Below, piece after piece: positions 33,871-38,847 of a DNA stretch of 38,847 nucleotides; positions within the stretch are counted from its first letter, which is position 1; every line of letters begins with the position of its first letter. This DNA comes from Lobosporangium transversale. Lineage: Eukaryota. The translations under genes and the position numbers were made by a program. The stretch is from the NCBI RefSeq assembly GCF_002105155.1, contig NW_019029079.1, positions 1 through 38,847 on the forward strand. The letters run 5' to 3'. Under the pieces are notes generated by a model. The model did no database searches. It saw only the letters and a list, made by a program, of their open reading frames with translations, and had not been told where the DNA came from.

Positions 33871-35745
33871 GGACCCATTTGACTCTTCTTTTTCTTCTTT
33901 TCTCTTCTCTTTCTCCTCGGTCTTCCTCGACCATCGGCCTCCTCAACCAAGACAAAAGGTAAGCAACACTCCCTCTAAACAATCACTCTCACTGAAGTTC
34001 TCAACACTGTCACTCTGTGCTTCACTGTCCTTGTTCTGATTATTCTTTTTCTGCTTGTGTCTCTCTTTTCATTCCACGATTAGACTGCAACGACATGAAG
34101 CTGCCTAAAGCAACTGGGGCTTCATAACGCACAGCCAGGCTGCCACACTCAGGCGCCCATACTCGAACGGCTGCACTCCAACGAAAAGCCGTATTCAACT
34201 GGCCACGCTCCGAATGCCACGCTCTAAACAGCCACGCTCTAAACGGCCTCATAGTCTACCGCAGTCGAACGACGGCCTTCTCCGCGGCCAAATAGCCAGC
34301 CCATCCCATCTCGGGTATGATGGCCAAGGCTTCACGAAACAACACCAAATACATAGCGACCAGGCCACTTCTCATCGTGTGGTCTGGAAGGCACTGGTAA
34401 CGAAAGCTCGGCGCCACCAGCAAAAGGACTAAACCAAAGAAAGGTCGAACAGTCCATCCAGGCAAAAACAAGCGCCTCCGGAATCAAATCCTCAAAAAAA
34501 AAAACTAAGAAAAAAGAAACCAAAAAAAAAAAAAAAAAAAATCCAAAGAAAAAAAGAAAAAAAAAAACCAAAGAAAAAAGAAAAAAGAAAAAGAAAAAAA
34601 AATAAACCAAAAACCAGAAAAAAAAATACCAAGAAAAAACAATTAAAAAAAAATTAACCAAAGAAAAAAAAAAACCAAAAAAAAAAGACTAAATAAAAGC
34701 CAAAAAGAAGCAAAAAAAGATCTCATATCAGAAAAAAAGAAAAAAAAAGCCAATTAAAAAATCAAGAAAGCCAAAAAAAAAAAAAAAAAAAAAAAAAACC
34801 CTTACTAACACAACACAAAGCACTTTTTAAGCATAGCAACAATGCACATCCAAGGTGCAATAACCAATGCATATCTAAGGTAGGTCCGAACGGGCATGAG
34901 CCTGAGCTGGTTCTTTAACGAGCCTTGCGATGGCGGAGCCCCTTCGGTCCAGAATGGGAAAGGGAAAGGGAATGGAATGGGATGGGAAGATGGGGATGGA
35001 ATGGGTAAATAAATGTGTGTGTGTGCGGGCGTTTGCAAGGCCATGGGGCCTGACCAACGGAGCACGATATGCCAGACCACCTCCACGTGGTGTGTCCGGA
35101 CAACATCTTGGAGAGTCTTTTCGATGGTGACAAAGAAAAGCGCTTTCCAAGGTGGCTAAGAGTCTGGCTTCTTGTAGCTTAGGATAGTAACCAGGTAAGC
35201 TAGATAGCTAGATAGCAAGCAATCTCTTAATAAAAAGTATTCACACAAAAAAAAAAAAAAAAGCTTTAAAATGCAGTCTCCGAAAATTGAAAATTTAGTA
35301 GAGGCGGCATTGCTTAGATGATAGGAGGGTGAATTATTAATGTACTGCTCCGAAAATGAGGGGTTCTGGTGCCTATTGTTATGTTATGAACAACTGGCTT
35401 TGGAAGAGAGGCTTCAATATATATATATATATTGAGAAGCACTTCCTTGGACTCTTCACCATGGAAGCACTTCTATTGTCTCCTGCACAAGTATAAATAA
35501 GGAGCACCATGGAGCAATACTCAAAGTAAGCACTATCTTGCTGTGTGAACCGGCAACCTGCACTAGGCGGGATGGTGGGTACTCCTTGGTGACACACAGC
35601 TCCAATCCTTATGTCAGTCATCATCAAAATGTTTGCACCTCATTTACCACCAAACCTTAAAGTGTTTACATTGTCCAACAGACACCATTTTGCTATTCTT
35701 GCATTCTTGTTTATTCGCTGAATATCCATGCATGATTTCTTGGGT

Positions 35746-36738
35746 AATCTCACTCGTCGCCACCATTTCTCCTTATCTTGTTTGAAAGCGGACATAATTA
35801 TCCGAATATGGCAATAGTCGGTTGCTTTAAAAGCAAAAGCATCTTCCTCCACAGGGAGGGTTGATGTCATTACATTGTCACATGAAGCAAAAGGAATAAT
35901 GTACGTGAAGGTAGGGAAAGCATTGAAAGAGGGATAAATAAATTTAATGCGAAGAATTAAATACAATAGTAATGAAGGTGTTGAATCAAAAGTATTGAAG
36001 GCCCTGAAGGCCCTGCAGAGCTTGGATATAATATTTTCCTCGACACACACGTTACATACTTTTTACGTGTTGCTTGTTGTTGCTCGCTCAACAAGATGGT
36101 CATAACAAAAAATAAGGCAGGCTTACCTTTGGGACATGGGCTAGAAAGGTGATGGGCTCCATGAAAAGCATCTACCAGATACTGTAGCAGACCTGAACAC
36201 ACTGTATTACTTTCAATCAGAAACTAGAAGGCACTAGAGTCTATGACAAGCCTGGATCCTTGTCTATTATACTTTTAGAAGCGATAAAAAGAGAGAAGAG
36301 CGAGATGTAATGAAAAGTGTGGCTACACCCAAAGATGCATGAAAAATTAATGCATCTTTCTCTATCAATTTTTTTTTTGTTCCTTAAGAAAAATGCGACC
36401 GCAAAAAAAGCATACAATGTGTAAGTCTGGGGTCAAAAGTCTGGTGTGAGTAGTGTCTACTCATAGTCATTAAGTTTAAATACCTTCGATGCTTTTTGCT
36501 TCGTTCTTCTCAGTGTCGTATCACTTTCGCTTATTACGTCAACAAATGCGAAAATTGTCGCAATGAAAGGCAACGGGATCGCTTCCGGGCTGTCCAAGCC
36601 GACAGTTTTCCATCCACCCTTTCTTTGAATTTCATGCTGTTTCAAAATGGCGTCCAATCACTTTCATTTCGCCTATATTCGGATAATTATGTCCGCTTTC
36701 AACAAAGATAAGGAGAAATGGTGGCGACGAGTGAGATT
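35746..36738. repeat. Mirror copy of the MITE-like segment with 64-bp inverted repeats
   Basis: Reverse complement of 20844-21837. Confidence 0.75.
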
Positions 36739-36808
36739 GGGAGAATGACGCTTTTCTCTCATTTTTAAGCTCGCTCTTTCTTTTGTTTTTTTTCCTCTTC
36801 CTTTCTCT

Positions 36809-37493
36809 CACTTCTCCACCTCTTCACTTCTCCACCTTCTTACCTCTCCGCTTCTTCACTTCTCCACCTCTCCGCTTCTTCACTTCTCCACCTCTCCGCT
36901 TCTTCACTTCTCCACCTCTCCGCTTCTTCACTTCTCCACCTCTCCGCTTCTTCACTTCTCCACCTCTCCGCTTCTTCACTTCTCCACCTCTCCGCTTCTT
37001 CACTTCTCCACCTCTCCGCTTCTTCACTTCTCCACCTCTCCGCTTCTTCACTTCTCCACCTCTCCGCTTCTTCACTCTCCACCTCTCGCTTCTTCACTTC
37101 TCCACCTCTCCGCTTCTTCACTTCTCCACCTCTCCGCTTCTTCACTTCTCCACCTCTCCGCTTCTTCACTTCTCCACCTCTCCGCTTCTTCACTTCTCCA
37201 CCTCTCCGCTTCTTCACTTCTCCACCTCTCCGCTTCTTCACTTCTCCACCTCTCCGCTTCTTCACTTCTCCACCTCTCCGCTTCTTCACTTCTCCACCTC
37301 TCCGCTTCTTCACTTCTCCACCTCTCCGCTTCTTCACTTCTCCACCTCTCCGCTTCTTCACTTCTCCACCTCTCCGCTTCTTCACTTCTCCACCTCTCCG
37401 CTTCTTCACTTCTCCACCTCTCCGCTTCTTCACTTCTCCACCTCTCCGCTTCTTCACTTCTCCACCTCTCCGCTTCTTCACTTCTCCACCTCT
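36809..37493 (-). repeat. 24-bp tandem repeat, ~28 units (mirror of 20309-20771)
   Basis: (CCGCTTCTTCACTTCTCCACCTCT)n, more homogeneous than the left array. Confidence 0.95.
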
Positions 37494-38847
37494 TTATCTT
37501 TCCACCTCTCCACCTCCCCACCTCTTGAAAAGTAAGTCTCGATCGCAGTCCTTTGCCAAATACATTCACACACAAGCACGCACGCACACACTTTTTCCGT
37601 CTCTCCCTGTGACTCTTTATGTCCATCCCTAACTCTCGCTCAACTACGACCGTTGCCTTCTCTTGCCGTCACTACTTTATACTAACCTACATACTTTTTG
37701 TCTCCATACTATACCAAAGGCAAAATAGCCCCAAGAGCGGTAAGCAACGAGGAAACGATGTAAGAGAAAGTAAGGTAAGGAAGGGAAGCGGCAAGTAACC
37801 AACAAAAGAAAGAGAAAATAAGAAAGAGAAAGGAGCACTGAGAAAGAGCGAATGAAAATAAACTAAGGAAGAGAAGCACATAGGAGGAGTAAGTGAAAGC
37901 AAGTGAGAAAAAAAAGAGAGAGAGAGAGAGAGAGAAAGGAGGAGGGAAAGTCGAGAAAGAACAAACGGAAGCATAGCAAAGAAGTAAAGCGAGGGGAAGA
38001 ACAAACAAAAGATATGTAAGAAATGCCGGCGCCTATAAATGAAAATATGATAAGAAAGAAAAGCAAAAGGGAAACAAATGTAAGATATGGCAAGGAAAGG
38101 AAGCACTGAAGAAAAGAAAGAAAAAAAAAAAAGAAAACAAAAAAAAAAAAAAATGGAAGCACACAATGAAAGCAAATAGAAAGAGAAGCACAGAAGGGAA
38201 ACAAACGAAAGTATAAAAGTAAACAAAACACACACATACACGCACACAACAGAGAAACAAAGGAGGTTATAATAAAAAAGGACTATAATAAGAAAAGGGA
38301 GAAAACAAATGAAAAACAACGTAAGAAAGCGAAGCATCGAAGGGAACAAAGGAAAGGATAACTCGAAAGTGAAGCGTCGAAGAGAAGCACATGAAAGTAT
38401 ATTTAAAAAGTGAAGAGCCAAGGAAAACAAATGAGGAAGTGAAGCAGCAAGAAAGAAAGCATAACAAGGAAGTGAAGCAGCAAGAAAGAAAGCATAACAG
38501 GAAGTGAAGCATCGAAGAAAACAAAGGATAGCATAGTAAAAAGGTGAAGCGTCGAGAAAGCAAATGAAAAATAACAAGACAGCGAAGCAATGAAGGAAAG
38601 CGTAATAGAACTAACACGGAAGAGATGCGCCCAGGAAAACATAGAAAAGGATAACAAAAGTGGAGTACCGAAAAAGAGATGAAGGCATAACAGGAAAGTC
38701 AAGCATGGAAGAAAGAAATGGAAGCGTAGCAACCAAGTGAGGCATTGAAGGATAAAGTATGGAAGCGTAATAAGGAATTGAACCATCAAAGGCTAACAAG
38801 AAAGTGAGCACCAAAGGATAACAAAAAGTAACCATCAAAGGATAACA

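Larger units (their letters stand above)
33277..38847 (-). repeat. Right arm of giant inverted repeat (runs off window end)
   Basis: Reverse complement of 18943-24341. Confidence 0.97.

Noticed and set aside
36809..37493. Regular 24-bp repeats as a possible CRISPR array
   Set aside because: Units are head-to-tail without unique spacers, there are no cas genes, and the context is eukaryotic.
18943..38847. Giant IR as a missed-adapter (hairpin read) artefact
   Set aside because: Such artefacts mirror at a point, whereas here 8.9 kb of non-mirrored sequence separates the arms and the array lengths differ. Other misassembly is not fully excluded.

Overview
Eukaryotic (fungal) DNA with GT-AG introns. 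Gene and TE style suggest an early-diverging Mucoromycota/Mortierellaceae-like fungus (inference). The first 6.1 kb holds three host genes: the 3' part of a mitochondrial IF3, an 8-exon VIP1/Asp1 (PPIP5K) and a 3-exon hypothetical gene. The remaining ~32 kb has no intact host protein gene. It contains a 5'-truncated LINE (APE-RT-RNase H-CCHC) split by a solo LTR, a tRNA-Ala(AGC), more solo LTRs of the same family and several minisatellites. It also contains a giant near-perfect inverted repeat (arms 18943-24341 and 33277->=38847, running off the window). The 8.9-kb spacer between the arms holds an AT-only satellite, a PD-(D/E)xK-like gene relic and a young full-length Ty3/Gypsy element with an apparent extra antisense gene. 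The inverted-repeat architecture (candidate centromere, invertible segment or foldback element) and the antisense ORF are the most interesting observations. All alignments were done by eye and no database searches were run.
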